Shown: positions 24,075 through 36,780, numbered from the whole stretch's first letter. The stretch is 63,603 bases of DNA, filler included, from Octopus bimaculoides (GCF_001194135.2; 6 parts of 6 records of this genome joined end to end with filler, not necessarily neighbours in it); one strand, 5' to 3'. Numbers and translations: made by a program. Notes: a model not told the origin generated them from the letters alone.

Positions 24075-24838
24075 TTTCCCCTTTCCCCTTTCCTCTTCCT
24101 CCTCTTTCCTCCTCTTTCCTCCTCTCCCTCCCCTTCCTCCTCTCTCCCTCCTCTTTCCTCCTCTCCCTCCTCTTCCTCCTCTTTCCTCCTCTTCCTCCTT
24201 TTTCTCCTCTTTCCTCTTCTTCTTCCTTTTCATCTTCTTTCCTCCTCTTTCCTCTTTCCTCCCCTTCCTCCTTTTTCTCCTCTTTCCTCTTCTTCTTCCT
24301 TTTCCTCTTCTTTCCTCCTCTTTCCTCTTCTTCCTCCTTTTCCTCCTCTTCCTCCAGTTCCCCCTCCTCTTCCTCCTTTTCCTTCTCCTCCTCTTATTCC
24401 CTCTTCCTCCTTTTCCTTCTCCTCCACTTCTTCCCTCTTCCTCCTTTTCCTTCTCCTCCATTTCTTCCCTCTTCCTCCTTTTCCTTCTCCTCCACTTCTT
24501 CCCCTCTTCCTCATCTTCCTTCCTCTTCCCCCTCCTACTCTTCCTCCTCCTCCTCGTTTTCTTCCCTCTTCCTCCTATTCCTTCTCCTCCACTTCTTCCC
24601 CTCTTCCTCTTCCTCTTCATCTTCCTCCTACACTTCCTCCTCCCCTCCTCCTCCCCTCCTCTTCCTCATTTTCCTCTTCCTCCTCCTCTTCCTCCTCCCC
24701 CTCCTCTTCCTCCTCCTCCCCTTCTTCCTCCCCTCCTCCTCTCCTCCTCTTCCTTCTCCCCTTCCTCATTTTCCTCCTTCTCCCCCTCCTTCTCCTCCTC
24801 CGCTTCCTCCTACTCCACCCACCCCTCCTCTTCCCTCC
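24075..24838. repeat. ~760-bp polypyrimidine/polypurine low-complexity tract (CCT/CTT units)
   Basis: The plus strand is almost only C/T with about ten A/G interruptions. Confidence 0.97.
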
Positions 24839-25054
24839 AGTAGAAAGCACTATAAGTGAAAATAATTGCCCAATATCCACTCAGCTGAACGGATATATAC
24901 TCTGTAGATAGATACATAAAAGTATTACCGTAATGTCGGCTTCCTTCGTTTAAGAGGAGAAGATTGACAAATAGCATTTCACATCTTCCGCTTCTCCCTT
25001 TCACCCCTTAAACTTCTCGCACCGCGATGTGAATTACTGTTTGCCAATCTGTGT

Positions 25055-25360
25055 TGTATATTGGAAAAGTATCTTTTAGAGTGGTCTAGGTCGACCACAA
25101 CCTTGACAATGGATTTGGTAGCTGAAAAAAAGCCCGTCATATACATACGTGTGGGTATGTTTGTTTTTGTCCTCTGTCACCGTTTCACAACCGGTATTGG
25201 TTTGTTTAAGTCCCTGTAAGTTAACAACGTTTCTGCACAAGAAACCGATAAAGTAAGTATTAGACTTTAAAAATTAGTTCAGGGGTCGATTTGTTCGACT
25301 GAAACCCTCTAAGGTAATGCCCCGGCTTGGCTGCAATCCAATGAGTAAAACAAGTATAAG
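25055..25360 (+). mobile_element. SINE family C (5'-truncated, degenerate) with short internal microsatellite
   Basis: GTCGACCACAACCTTG...GGATTTGGTAG...AAGCCCGTC, then CAACCGGTATTGGTTTGTTT...GGGGTCGATTTGTTCGAC...TGCCCCGGCTTGGCTGCA. Confidence 0.7.
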
Positions 25361-25563
25361 GGTAAAAGATATTCCCATTTAGTTGACGTAAGCCCTCCCT
25401 TTCTGGTATCCGGGTTAGTAAAACCTGGGGAACGTGAAGGCCATTCAAATTAGAACTCACACATGGTTCCAGCAAGAAGGGGAAACTGCTCATACCGCAA
25501 GATAAACAATGCAGTTGCTACGGCAGTGCTTTGGAGAAAGAATAATCGCCGGCTACGGCAATG

Positions 25564-25861
25564 TCAACTGATGCAATGAAGGAGACCATCAATAGAGAAA
25601 TCAGAGAAGTGAGGTCTCAAGCTCTCGAGGGCGTTACGGTGCACGTTTCGGAAATACCACGGGCGTGAGAAGTCGAAAATGGCTGCCTTTTTAAGTGATG
25701 TCATTTTTCATTTATGATGTGGTGGTGTTTCAAACTTTGACTTCTATATATTAATTTCCATTATGTCCTTTATATTGCATCAAAATTTCATGTATTTATT
25801 TGTAACGTTAAGGAAGTTATTAAAAATTGAAATACATCAGTCACTTTTGGGACACCATGTA
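25564..25861 (+). mobile_element. 3' end of a Tc1/mariner-superfamily DNA transposon with right TIR and TA
   Basis: STDAMKETINREIREVRSQALEGV...ENG/LSDVIFHL* resembles a transposase C-terminus; TCACTTTTGGGACACCATGTA (25841-25861) is the reverse complement of a TACAGGGTGTCCCAAAAG-type TIR. Confidence 0.7.
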
Positions 25862-26574
25862 TATTTAGACAAGAATTTACTTAGGTATTTACATCGCATT
25901 ATTTGACATTTTGCAAACATAAACCTACGTAAACACCGAGTTTTATTCTTGGTGCAGCCAGAACCAAGAAATTCTAGCGCCATTTCTATACATAATTAAT
26001 GTATTACTGCTGGTCTCAAATATAATTAACCTTTATTAATTACACTCTTTCAACGTCTATTCACTAGCATCGAATTAATATCATTCAAATTGCTTAATCG
26101 TCTAGTTTCCAGATATTTCTTAAGTATTAATAAATGTTCCTCACTAATTCATTCAAAGATGAACATAACGTCTTTTCATCCTCGCGAAGTTTCGGAGTAT
26201 CATCGTCCTAATTTAAGCTCATTAGTGCAATTTGTACATTTTGATCCTTCATATCTGCACTAAATTTAGTTTCACACATTGCTCAATACATAAAGCTGCC
26301 CCCTAATTTTTTGTAATCATTATTGATAACCTTAACCCTATAGAAAACTTGAATAAACAATTATAAGCTTTGTATTGCATATTTAAACGCGTGTTGGCTC
26401 AATACGGCCGAATGGCACCGGCCATGATGAAATACCAGATGGTATAGAAAATACGTATATGCCTTTATATATTTAATCCATTATATTGAACACTCAATAT
26501 TTCATATATCCAATAAGACATATTCCATGTATTCAGTAAGACATTCAATACTTCATTTCATTGTACCATCCATT

Positions 26575-26672
26575 TTTATATTATATATTATATATTCCAT
26601 ATTCTATATCCCACTTTAATTTTACAAGAATATAAATAAAACATAAAAAACAGTTGGAATTTCTTTTAAATG
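26575..26672 (+). repeat. Dispersed repeat fragment, paralogous to 17390-17492
   Basis: Direct pairwise match; truncated by a gap. Confidence 0.8.
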
Positions 26673-27234
26673 NNNNNNNNNNNNNNNNNNNNNNNNNNNN
26701 NNNNNNNNNNNNNNNNNNNNNNNNNNNNNNNNNNNNNNNNNNNNNNNNNNNNNNNNNNNNNNNNNNNNNNNNNNNNNNNNNNNNNNNNNNNNNNNNNNNN
26801 NNNNNNNNNNNNNNNNNNNNNNNNNNNNNNNNNNNNNNNNNNNNNNNNNNNNNNNNNNNNNNNNNNNNNNNNNNNNNNNNNNNNNNNNNNNNNNNNNNNN
26901 NNNNNNNNNNNNNNNNNNNNNNNNNNNNNNNNNNNNNNNNNNNNNNNNNNNNNNNNNNNNNNNNNNNNNNNNNNNNNNNNNNNNNNNNNNNNNNNNNNNN
27001 NNNNNNNNNNNNNNNNNNNNNNNNNNNNNNNNNNNNNNNNNNNNNNNNNNNNNNNNNNNNNNNNNNNNNNNNNNNNNNNNNNNNNNNNNNNNNNNNNNNN
27101 NNNNNNNNNNNNNNNNNNNNNNNNNNNNNNNNNNNNNNNNNNNNNNNNNNNNNNNNNNNNNNNNNNNNNNNNNNNNNNNNNNNNNNNNNNNNNNNNNNNN
27201 NNNNNNNNNNNNNNNNNNNNNNNNNNNNNNNNNN

Positions 27235-27264
<30 letters not shown>

Positions 27265-27266
<2 letters not shown>

Positions 27267-27580
27267 TGGTAATAGTGTTGGGCTAACAACGAGGAGGTAG
27301 TGAGCTCAATATCTGGACTGGGCTGAGTGTTGTGTTCTTGAGCACGACATTTTATTTCACTTTGGTCCAGTTCTTTCAGCTGTAGAAATGAGTTGCGATG
27401 TCACGAGTACCGGTCTGTATCGACGTATACCATTCTCTTGGACAACATCGATAGCGTCGAGAGGGGAGGCCGGTATGCATGGGCGACTGCCGGTCTTCCA
27501 TAAACCACCTTGCCCGGAGGGAATCTTTCAAGCTGCAATCTCATGGTCAATCTTTACAGAAAGGTGTCTTTACCTTTACA
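27265..27580 (+). mobile_element. tRNA-headed SINE (family distinct from A and C)
   Basis: GTGGTAATAGTGTTGGGCT...GTGTTGTGTTCTTGAGCACGACATTTTATTTCAC...CAGCTGTAGAAATGAGT; a related reverse-orientation copy is at 36540-36780. Confidence 0.6.
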
Positions 27581-29059
27581 TATATATGTGTGTGTGTGTA
27601 CATACACAGTTGCATGTATAACCATTCTTTCTACTTGTGTTTGAGAGCACCAGCAATGCATGAGATCCAGATATTTTAGAAATGTACTGGAGTCAAAGTA
27701 AACCCCTTAAGATCGCGACCCAGCATGAGTAAAGGCCATACTCTGAAACAACGAAAAGATTAATGTTGTTTGCAACATGTCCAAATTGAAGTAACTTCAT
27801 TAGTTACTGACGCGTCTTTTATATTCTATAACAATCCTAAAACTAGAACAGCTGTATCATATAACATCAACCTTGAAATCCTAAATAGGGGCGAGATGGT
27901 AATACAATTTGAAAATGGTTTTTATAACGAGCAAAACCGTAACCAGAAGTAACTTTTTAAAAACTACAAAGAAGTCGAATCGAGATTTCAGTTGAAAGCT
28001 TATTGTCTTCACTTACACCAGCAATAATATCTTCTAAAATTCACTTGCACTTTGGCACAGGAAATGAACTTCTACAAGCCATATAAGATAGTTGTCAGTT
28101 GCACATTTTGTGACATTTACTATTTAGTCGAAATAGAGAAAAAAGAATATTGCTTTGTGTATTAATAATTGTTAGTAACTAAACTTTTACTTTACTACTT
28201 TACATTACTACCATTCGTTTACGGCATTAGGAAATAACTTTCGTTTGTTTTAACACTTTTTGTTTTAATAATCAAGTAATTTTCAGGTAATTTTTTGATC
28301 TATAATTGGTTATCGTTCTTTCTGGAACAATAAGAGAATTAATTAATGAAGCAAAACTAATTAACTGAAGCTCTATAGCCAATCTTAATTCATTTCCTGA
28401 ATCGTCGTTTTGACATTTCATTGCAACTTAATCAAACATTAATAATAATCCATGTTCTCCCGTTAGCGCTAAAACAGATTTAAATGTTAAATTATTTGCA
28501 CTTCTTTCTGTTGCTGTACTTCATTTTGTCTCTTTTTTATTTCGAATTTTTATTCATTTAAATCTTTTTATGGATTAGATTAATGGATTTACATGAAGAA
28601 TAATGATCTGAAATAATATTAAAGATTAATTTTTATTTCAATGCAGGCATTCCCAGCTTTCATTATCCAACCGTCAACAACCGCGTATGCTTGTTTCCAC
28701 CACAAATCTAATGAACTACTTAGAGATTATAAAGTATTAATGTTCCTTGTGGAAAAGCAAGCATTTTAAGATATTCAAAATAGCTAGTCAAGAGATGCTG
28801 CATGAAATTGGGTAAAGTGTATATATCTTATTTATATTGTAGACTATAGTCTAACACAAATATGCTAGTCCTGTATCTGTGGACACTATTCTGTTATGGT
28901 AATATCAAAAGAAAGTACATAATGCATGCATAATTATATACATATATACATGCACGCATACATACGTAAATACATACATAGAAACATACACACACATGCA
29001 CACATATGCATTACCGTTCCGTTAAGCTAAGATAAACGAAAATGTACTCCAATACTTTC

Positions 29060-29106
<47 letters not shown>

Positions 29107-29644
29107 TGTGTGTGTGTGTGTGTACAAGTATGAATGTATGTATTCCGTATGTATATAACCCCGAGAATATTATTGATTTTTGGTTCAGAAAGCCCAAATT
29201 CATTGCTGCTCAAGAGCCCTGAGAAGAAAGCATTAAAAATCCACCGTCAAATTACGCGGGTAGTCAATATATTTTAAATGTCAAGATTTCTGTCAATCAA
29301 GATTTCTGTCAGTCAACATCTTTTAAATGTTCCTACTTTTCATTCTGCGAATGTCTTACAGTGGCCTTAAGCCTTATTTCGGAAAAAAACGTTTTAAAAG
29401 AAGGTCCATAAAATAGTGAGCAGTTGTATTAACAACGGAGAGTAAAACAACTCCTGCAATATATGAGGGTACATCTAGAAAATCTCTCAATGGTTGGGTT
29501 TGCATTTTATTCGTATTGGTTATATAAATAAGAACCAGTGAAGTACTGGCTTCTATTTAATCAACTGATTAGTCATTTTGAATTTTCAAAATTTTCAAAA
29601 TTTTAGTACTTAAAAATTTTAGTTTTTCGCACGAAAACACAATT

Positions 29645-29780
29645 TTGGGAGGAGGAGGTAAGCAGAGTACCCCGACCTCAGTGCTCAACTGGTATTAATT
29701 TTGTCGAATCTGAAAAGATGAAACACAATGTCGACCTCGGTGGAATTTGAACCCTGAACGCAAGGACAGATGAAGTGCAA
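29645..29780 (-). mobile_element. SINE family A fragment
   Basis: CTCAACTGGTATTAATTTTGTCGAATCTGAAAAGATGAAAC...GTCGACCTCGGTGGAATTTGAACCCTGAACG. Confidence 0.75.
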
Positions 29781-30510
29781 GTTTAAAACAACAGATGATT
29801 GATTTGGTGAATGACTACCCTGTTGAAATGACAACAGGCATGAATAGATACAACTGAAAAGTAACACAAAATTTCTGTGAAAGGAATATTAGTCATGATA
29901 GTTTTTTGTGAAAATAATGCTCTTTCGAATTACACGCAAGCACATAAGCATACAAATGCATAAATATATATGCATACATATACAACGGTTTGTATATATT
30001 TTTCTGATATATCCTGAAATGGATATATGAATAATGCCACGTATTTTGAAGAGCTTTGTATTTTCTCTAGATTTTATTTTTGAAGATGCAATAAATATTC
30101 CACCATCGAAATAACAATATGCTGTTGATAATATTTTAATACATTTTCTCTTACTCCAATTCTGAAAGGCAGGCTTCATCATATAATCACCTTTAAACTT
30201 GGATAGATTCTGATTATATTTTATGGGAAATAAGCTTTACTTAAAATGATTGACGCATATATTTTTTGAAATAAAATATGCAATAAATATATCGTGGCCA
30301 ACGTCTATAAAAATTTCAATCTATTTCTAGGGTCTTCCCTGTGTGGTATTTTTCTGTTCTCTTTTCATTTCACATTATTAATTTTCATCTATTCTATTTT
30401 CTTCACTTATTGAATTATTCAATGGAATTACAGCCAAAATCGATTATAAGAAAAGTCAGTTTTTATTTCTACGAGATTATTTTCAAATTTTTGTTTTTAT
30501 GAGGAATACA

Positions 30511-30588
<78 letters not shown>

Positions 30589-30598
30589 NNNNNNNNNN

Positions 30599-30669
<71 letters not shown>

Positions 30670-31152
30670 TAAAAACATTTAGGTGTGAGTGCGTTACATA
30701 AATAATATTTTCAATATTAAACAAAAAAAAATTGTTCTACTGTCTATATGTATGTATATATGTATGATGTATGCATATATTATAATAATTAATTGTTGTT
30801 TTCGTCTCGCCTAAAGTCTTTATTCTGTTTATTGTTCTGTCCATTGGTCGTCCACTAACGATCTCATCTCGAGCCCGTCTCGTTTTGTTATGTTTTGGTC
30901 CCATCCCAGCAAGTTTCTGGCAGGTACCTCCAGAGTGGAAGCAATATTATCGAAAATGGCTGAAATTGCGATTCAACCTCTGGCCAATAACGGATGAGGA
31001 GTTGGTTACCTTCTGTGTTTTGTGTTTGCCTGTGTATTTAGCATATATTCGTTTGTTTACTTACTACAAGTTTTTAATATTATTATATAGATACATTTAA
31101 CCTCACTGCAGTCTCTCGCACAGTTACATGACAACCAGATTCAATTATGGCT

Positions 31153-31371
31153 TTATTCGGTCATCAACTTCAATAGCTCGACCAGAACGTTGGTCATCTT
31201 TGGGTGAAAAATCTCCAGAACGGAATTTTTAAAACGCTTTCTGACATGTGCGTTTCTTAAACAATCAACACTATAAACTTCACATATACTTTTGTGAGCC
31301 TCAGCAGCTTTCTTGCCTTTACGGAAATAAAAAAGCAAAATATATTGAAAATGTTCCTTTTTGCACGCCAT
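31153..31371 (-). pseudogene. mariner transposase N-terminal HTH remnant
   Basis: MACKKEHFQYILLFYFRKGKKAAEAHKSICEVYSVDCL matches the mariner start (EHFRHILLFYFRKGKNA...KICxVYG); a frameshifted R.FKNS/SGDFS...QRSGR follows. Confidence 0.88.
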
Positions 31372-31539
31372 GTTAAAAGTGATGCTGATCTAACAAATGT
31401 AAATACAATAACTAGCAATTTGCATCTAAATTAAGCTAAAAGTAAAGGCTATGAAATGCCAAAAAGTAAAAATCATAACATTGACAAAAGACATCGAAAA
31501 GAAAGGTAACTCTATCTATTTGCAAATTTACTTTCTTGC

Positions 31540-31995
31540 CAACCCGTACATGTTTTGGGGACACGGCAAGCCAACGGTTGTTCCGCGTGTTCACTATCAG
31601 ATCCTGGTAGAATTTTTTGTCGTCTGAGAAAAATCAAAGCATGTTTAGTTGGAGGGGTTGCTTGAGTTTGTTCAAAAGCTTCGTAGCCCGGTGTTTCATG
31701 GTTTGCCCTTTCTCATTTTGTATGAGGAATACCGAATCTCTTTGTGCACTACCTTCTTGATAAGAAACTCAGACATTCCGCTTTCCAAGCCAATGGACCT
31801 GATTGGCTTGAAGGGATCGTTGTCAATCATGGCCTGGATCTCACCATCAAATTCAGGAGTTCTTTACATATCACAACGATCGGGGTGAGGTTTCCGAGCT
31901 GCCGTACCTTCGTAATCACCATTAAACTTATCCAGCTCTTTCCAAATACTCTACACTGTCCTCAGATTGACTCCCAAACACTCTGAAATGTTTGT
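31540..31995 (-). pseudogene. Tc1/mariner-superfamily transposase remnant (DD37D/maT-like, tentative): HTH through the first catalytic D
   Basis: ISECLGVNLRTV*SIWKELD..NGDYEGTAARKP...RTPEF.GEIQAMIDNDP.K.IRSI....GMSEFLIKKVVHKEIRY.SYKMRKG...KLLNKLKQPLQLNML*FFSDDKKFYQD..VNTRNNRWLA. Confidence 0.82.
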
Positions 31996-32339
31996 ATTGG
32001 AATGTTATTTGAAATAAATTGCTGTAAATTGAAATTACAGGCAAAAGGACGTTCGATTCTCAATATATTCTGGTGCTTTACCTTTTGTTCATATTCATTT
32101 GAAGATATCAAATACATCTTTCAGATATATTTTGTGGATTTAAATATGTCTATAAATGAACAATGTATTAATTAGGTTTAAGCTTTCAGAAAATAGAAAA
32201 CCAAGTCAGTCCACGCTTCTGAGTGTACGTTATTGGCGCGTGTGTGTGTGTGCACAGACACTAGTCTCTATCCAAACTTACATATTTACACATTCTCACA
32301 TACACACACGCACACCTTCGTTTTGGGATCACCATTACT

Positions 32340-32580
32340 ATTTTATTTCTCCTTCTTTCTATCTCTCCTGTCAAACATTTTTTCAACCACTCACCATGCT
32401 CCACCGCTAAATGCACAAGTTTTATTCTCTCTCTGTTTATTTTCTCTTATTTCTTCCTCTTGAAGAGCGTAGTCTCGAAACGTAAAAGACTTTCTCACTT
32501 TCCCGAGCGTCAAACTAATGCACCTGCTTGTTGTATATACACCTATCTTTGTCTTTTGTTTTTCTGTAAATTTCAAGAAC
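32340..32580 (+). mobile_element. Penelope-like element terminal region, second subfamily
   Basis: TTGAAGAGCGTAGTCTCGAAACGTAAAAGACTTTC...CCCGAGCGTCAAACTAAT parallels 7772-7830. Confidence 0.65.
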
Positions 32581-33829
32581 ATACATACGCATATATATAC
32601 CTAAGTAAATACATACGGACGTATTATGTACATACATATATACGCACATATATACACACGAACATGCATGCATTCATGTAATATCTGTTTGCGTGTGTAT
32701 ATCAGTGGGTAAATGTATTTGTATTTAATATTGAAAAGTGAAACTTCGGTGTCCATACGAGGTAAACATTCGTGATTGCTAATGTGCGGTATCTTATGTT
32801 TACTGCGAAAGACCTTGGCATTCTCATTTCCCCTGGAAACTTCGGGTTTCCAATAGATGGAAATGAAGCTGTTAACAACAGAAATCTTGTCTCCTACGAG
32901 CCTTGTCTTTCTGAAGAGAATGGTAAAATACAATTATCATATTTCAAATTATAGTTAATAATTTCAGACTGTTTTGACTTAGAAACACTACAGCTTCGGA
33001 TTAAATATTTTATGAAGTGTTTTGTTCTGTCCATTTATGTTCTTTGTTCAAATTCTGCTGACAGCTATTCTGTCTTTTACCTGTCCAATAATAGACCTTT
33101 TCATTAATAAATTGACCAATGTTGCCAAGGTTAGTAATTGTTTTTAGCACTTATACTGAAATTTCTCGGATGGCATGAATTTCATTTAAAAGGCCTTTAG
33201 CAAAACTCACAGTTGAGTAAAATAGTGTACTTAGTCAGCAAATATTTGCTTAATTCTATTTTCTCTTGTAATAAGCAAAAATGTCATTAGTATTAATGAT
33301 AGTTATAATCAAAATCCTGGCAGACAATTATCGAATAGAAATTGATTAAAATGGAGGACTGGAATGGGATATGAGTCTACGTAAGGGAGGTGGCCGTTCT
33401 AGACTGCTTTTGGCCTTGTTAGATCTCCTCACCGAGGCATAAGCGTACTCGTACACTCCAGACCTTCTCAATAACCGAAAATGTGTCTATAGGAAGGAGA
33501 ATGATGGAGAGAATATAGCCAGTGGAGAATGCTTTGTTGTCGATAATAATTCTATCATATATAGGGAAAATTTCTCTGTATTTGTATATGACTTTCCCGA
33601 GAGTATTGCTCAAAGGCTTTTTAATGTCTATGAAATTAATGCCCTCTGAGATATTTCCATCCGTTTTTAAAAATATACTTTTCAGTCTCAAAATTATGTT
33701 CCACATAATTTTATGTTCCTTACAAACAAAGTATTACTGAAATAATTTCCCGTTTCAAAATATTCATCCACCTTCTTAATGTATGCCAGTAAACAAATAA
33801 CTAAAACAGAGTCACAATTTTCTAACATT

Positions 33830-33960
33830 TCAGGAAGCACGTTGCCTACTGGTTAACCCACACAGCTCGTGATCACAATGTCATGAGTTCGCTCACTGTT
33901 TCAGGAGCTGCAATTTATCCTTGGAAAAAGCACTTTATTAAACACTTCTACACAGATATG
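33830..33960 (+). mobile_element. Degenerate tRNA-headed SINE 5' fragment
   Basis: GGAAGCACGTTGCCTACTGGTTAA...CTCGTGATCACAATGTCATGAGTTCG has A-box/B-box-like spacing. Confidence 0.45.
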
Positions 33961-36539
33961 GATAACAGAGCGCCTAGTCAGAGCCAAATTAGTGTACCAG
34001 CGCCTGCAAATATAACCCTTCAGGCACAAAGACATAGACGTTGAACTGTAGATTGCTGTATTTTATCTTTACTCTTTACTCATTCATCTAATTATGCGCC
34101 GGTAAATATAATACTAAGTTTGATTGAGAAGGTTTTATAAGATCAAAGCATTTTTAGAATTTTCACCAAATCTTACCAGAAAACAAACTCATAAACCACT
34201 GATTCCCACCAATGAAATTTTGTCTATTTGATTATCAAAATGGGCTCCCTTGTTTTATATGAAGTTAATCCCTGATGATCTTTTTGTTACCTATGCAATT
34301 TTAGTTTATAACGATTTGCTTTTGCTCCATTGTATTAAGTACGTAAGCATGACTGCTCTACTACATTATTATATTCTCTGTAAGTAAAGATTAACCTAGA
34401 AAATATTGTTTCATTGTTGTGTCGCGGTAACACAATTCGTATTATCTTATACTGATACCTAATATAACTATAAGGTCATACATTTTGTGCGGTGGTTCGA
34501 GTAGACAATTTACATTTCTGTACTTACCTTTCACTAACCTACCTCCATTGTATTAAAGGTAGTGACGATTAAAACGAGGTTTTTGGTCAGAAATTTAATA
34601 TTTTAATCCGATGCATTCTAGCTGAAAAAGAATACTTAACGGTTCATAGTCAATCAGGCTAGTTCTTTGCAATTTTCTGTGCATTCTTCGAAGTAAAATT
34701 ATTTCTTTCACACGCGCCAGGTGTGTTTCTTTTTAAGACATCCGTTGATGGATTCGCTTCCGAGTGTTATACCATTTCATTCTACTTTTATTAACCTGCT
34801 TCGGTTCTTCTTAATTGGTTGGCCAATGAAACTGAGCCACTAATATTTCATTTCAAGGAACAAATTATGGTAACCACTTATAGTCATTGCAATTTTGTGG
34901 TGCTTGTAATATGGCATCTTTGTCTCGGAAGTTCGCTTGGTAATGGTAACGTTTTTAAGTTTGATCTAATCACGTGCAACCTTCTGTAAAAGTTGTTTAC
35001 TATGTCCCTATGAAGACTCAGTCCTTGTAAGAGAACATGGGTAAAAAGAAACACCGTAGAAGATTGCACTTGTACTCCACATATGCCACAAATTTGCCAC
35101 ATACTGTCTCACTCTCATTCTACTCATTCTACGTTAAGTTTACAAATATCTATGTAATATTGATCTACACACTAATTTAAGGTAGCTAAAGTGATCGAAT
35201 AATTTAACTCTGGACGCCGATAACCACGGTAATCTATGTTTGTGTGCCGATTGGATTAAGCATTGAATAACATACCGATCGTGACGTATACATTTGCACA
35301 TTATTTAACAGATAACTGTATATACACTTCTGTTCGAAAAAAAAAAAACAGTGCTATGGTGAAAGTAAAGTGGGGCCACCTTAAATCATAAATATATGTG
35401 AAACATTGTCAATAAATGTAACGATCCATCTGTAAACTTCCATGACGCAAAATGTCGAATTTTATTTTATGATAAATTGAATAATGGTTAAATATATATG
35501 CCGCGCCGGGATACAAATACCTGTATACGGTGATTAGAGTTTTGCATTTCTGAAATGCATTGGGGGGGGGGCGGAGGAATTAACCGAAAGAGAGAATAAG
35601 ACAGATGGAGAGAGCATCGTCTTTCTTTCTTTGTTCACGTTTTCCTTACAGTGACAATTTTGAAGGATCATTGAATCCTGAAAATTTACAATTTTGTCCA
35701 TAGAGCTATGCAGATATATTTGAAATGTTAGCAAACTGAAAAACCCAAAAAGAAAGCAGAAACAACTATTTCATTTATGGCACAAGTATAGCGTGTTTTT
35801 TTCTGAATATTTCCGGGAGTATCAAAAATTATCATTGATATAGAAATATTTGAGATGAATTGTTTTGAATAATAATGAGGAATGTTGTGTTATAGGTCAC
35901 TGACTCATATATAGACACACATACACACACAAACCTGATGAGGCCCTTGTATCGATATAGATATAAAAGCCCCATTGTGTTATTATGAAGACATCCATGA
36001 GTAAATGATCTAATGATAAAAAGGGACTAAATCGCATTATGGTTCACTTTGCTTCGTATCCTAACTAGGTCAATGAAACTACATCATTCAGATTTAGGCT
36101 ATTGGAATATCTAAAGTCCTTGAACAAATATTTCGGAATTAACATGCATATAAATATATATGTTGTCTAGCAGACAAATTCTATAGAATGGCTATCCTAA
36201 GTGTATCTGTTCCTCGAACCCACGGAGATTTTAAAGAAAAGCAAAGAATTGTGCATCACAATTATATAGTTCTTGAAATCCTAAAATATGATGGGATGGT
36301 CAAAGCTGTAATGCTTTTTAACATAGGCTCTGCTAGCAACATCTGTGGTGCTGAATAACTTGATATTCAACAATAATATAAGACTGAATCTAGCATCCGG
36401 CTGAAAATATAAACAGCTATTGCAGGATCCAATACAAAAATGTGATTAACCAATATGCAAAAAATATCTTTTAGATCACCCTGAAATCAAACCCTTGCCT
36501 CTTGCGTAAAAACGTAACTCTACTGGAGATTAATTTCTC

Positions 36540-36780
36540 GAGTCCCTTTGACGAACTCTCAGAATCGGTCATGCGATTTCCAGTGTATATAAGCAACCTA
36601 GATCACAGTAACTCCAGCAAAGGGACGCCAGACTTGTCACAGGGTTACTCATTTAGATCTAAGTGGAGAGGGGCGACGTGATATCAAATGTTCTCCTCAG
36701 TAACACAAAAGACTGTCTGGTCGGTGAACTGAAATCGCGTTCTGGCGATTGGGAGTGGAGAGATCTAAAAGCTAGGACGC
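36540..36780 (-). mobile_element. Degenerate SINE related to 27265-27580 and the 41 kb tail
   Basis: AAGGGACGCCAG...CAGGGTTACTCATTTAG...CTCAGTAACACAA followed by a head-like end near 36770. Confidence 0.5.

Noticed and set aside
24048-24620. 190-aa K/R/E/G-rich ORF as a protamine-like or RNA-binding protein
   Set aside because: All frames of a pure purine tract lack stops by composition; there are no splice signals or unique sequence.
30840-31010. GC-richer island with short open frames and CAG|GTACCT
   Set aside because: No recognisable protein in any frame and no consistent acceptor-donor pair.
35935-35960. CTGATGAGGCCC...CGATAT as a hammerhead core
   Set aside because: The required GAAA is GATA and no helix I or III can be drawn.
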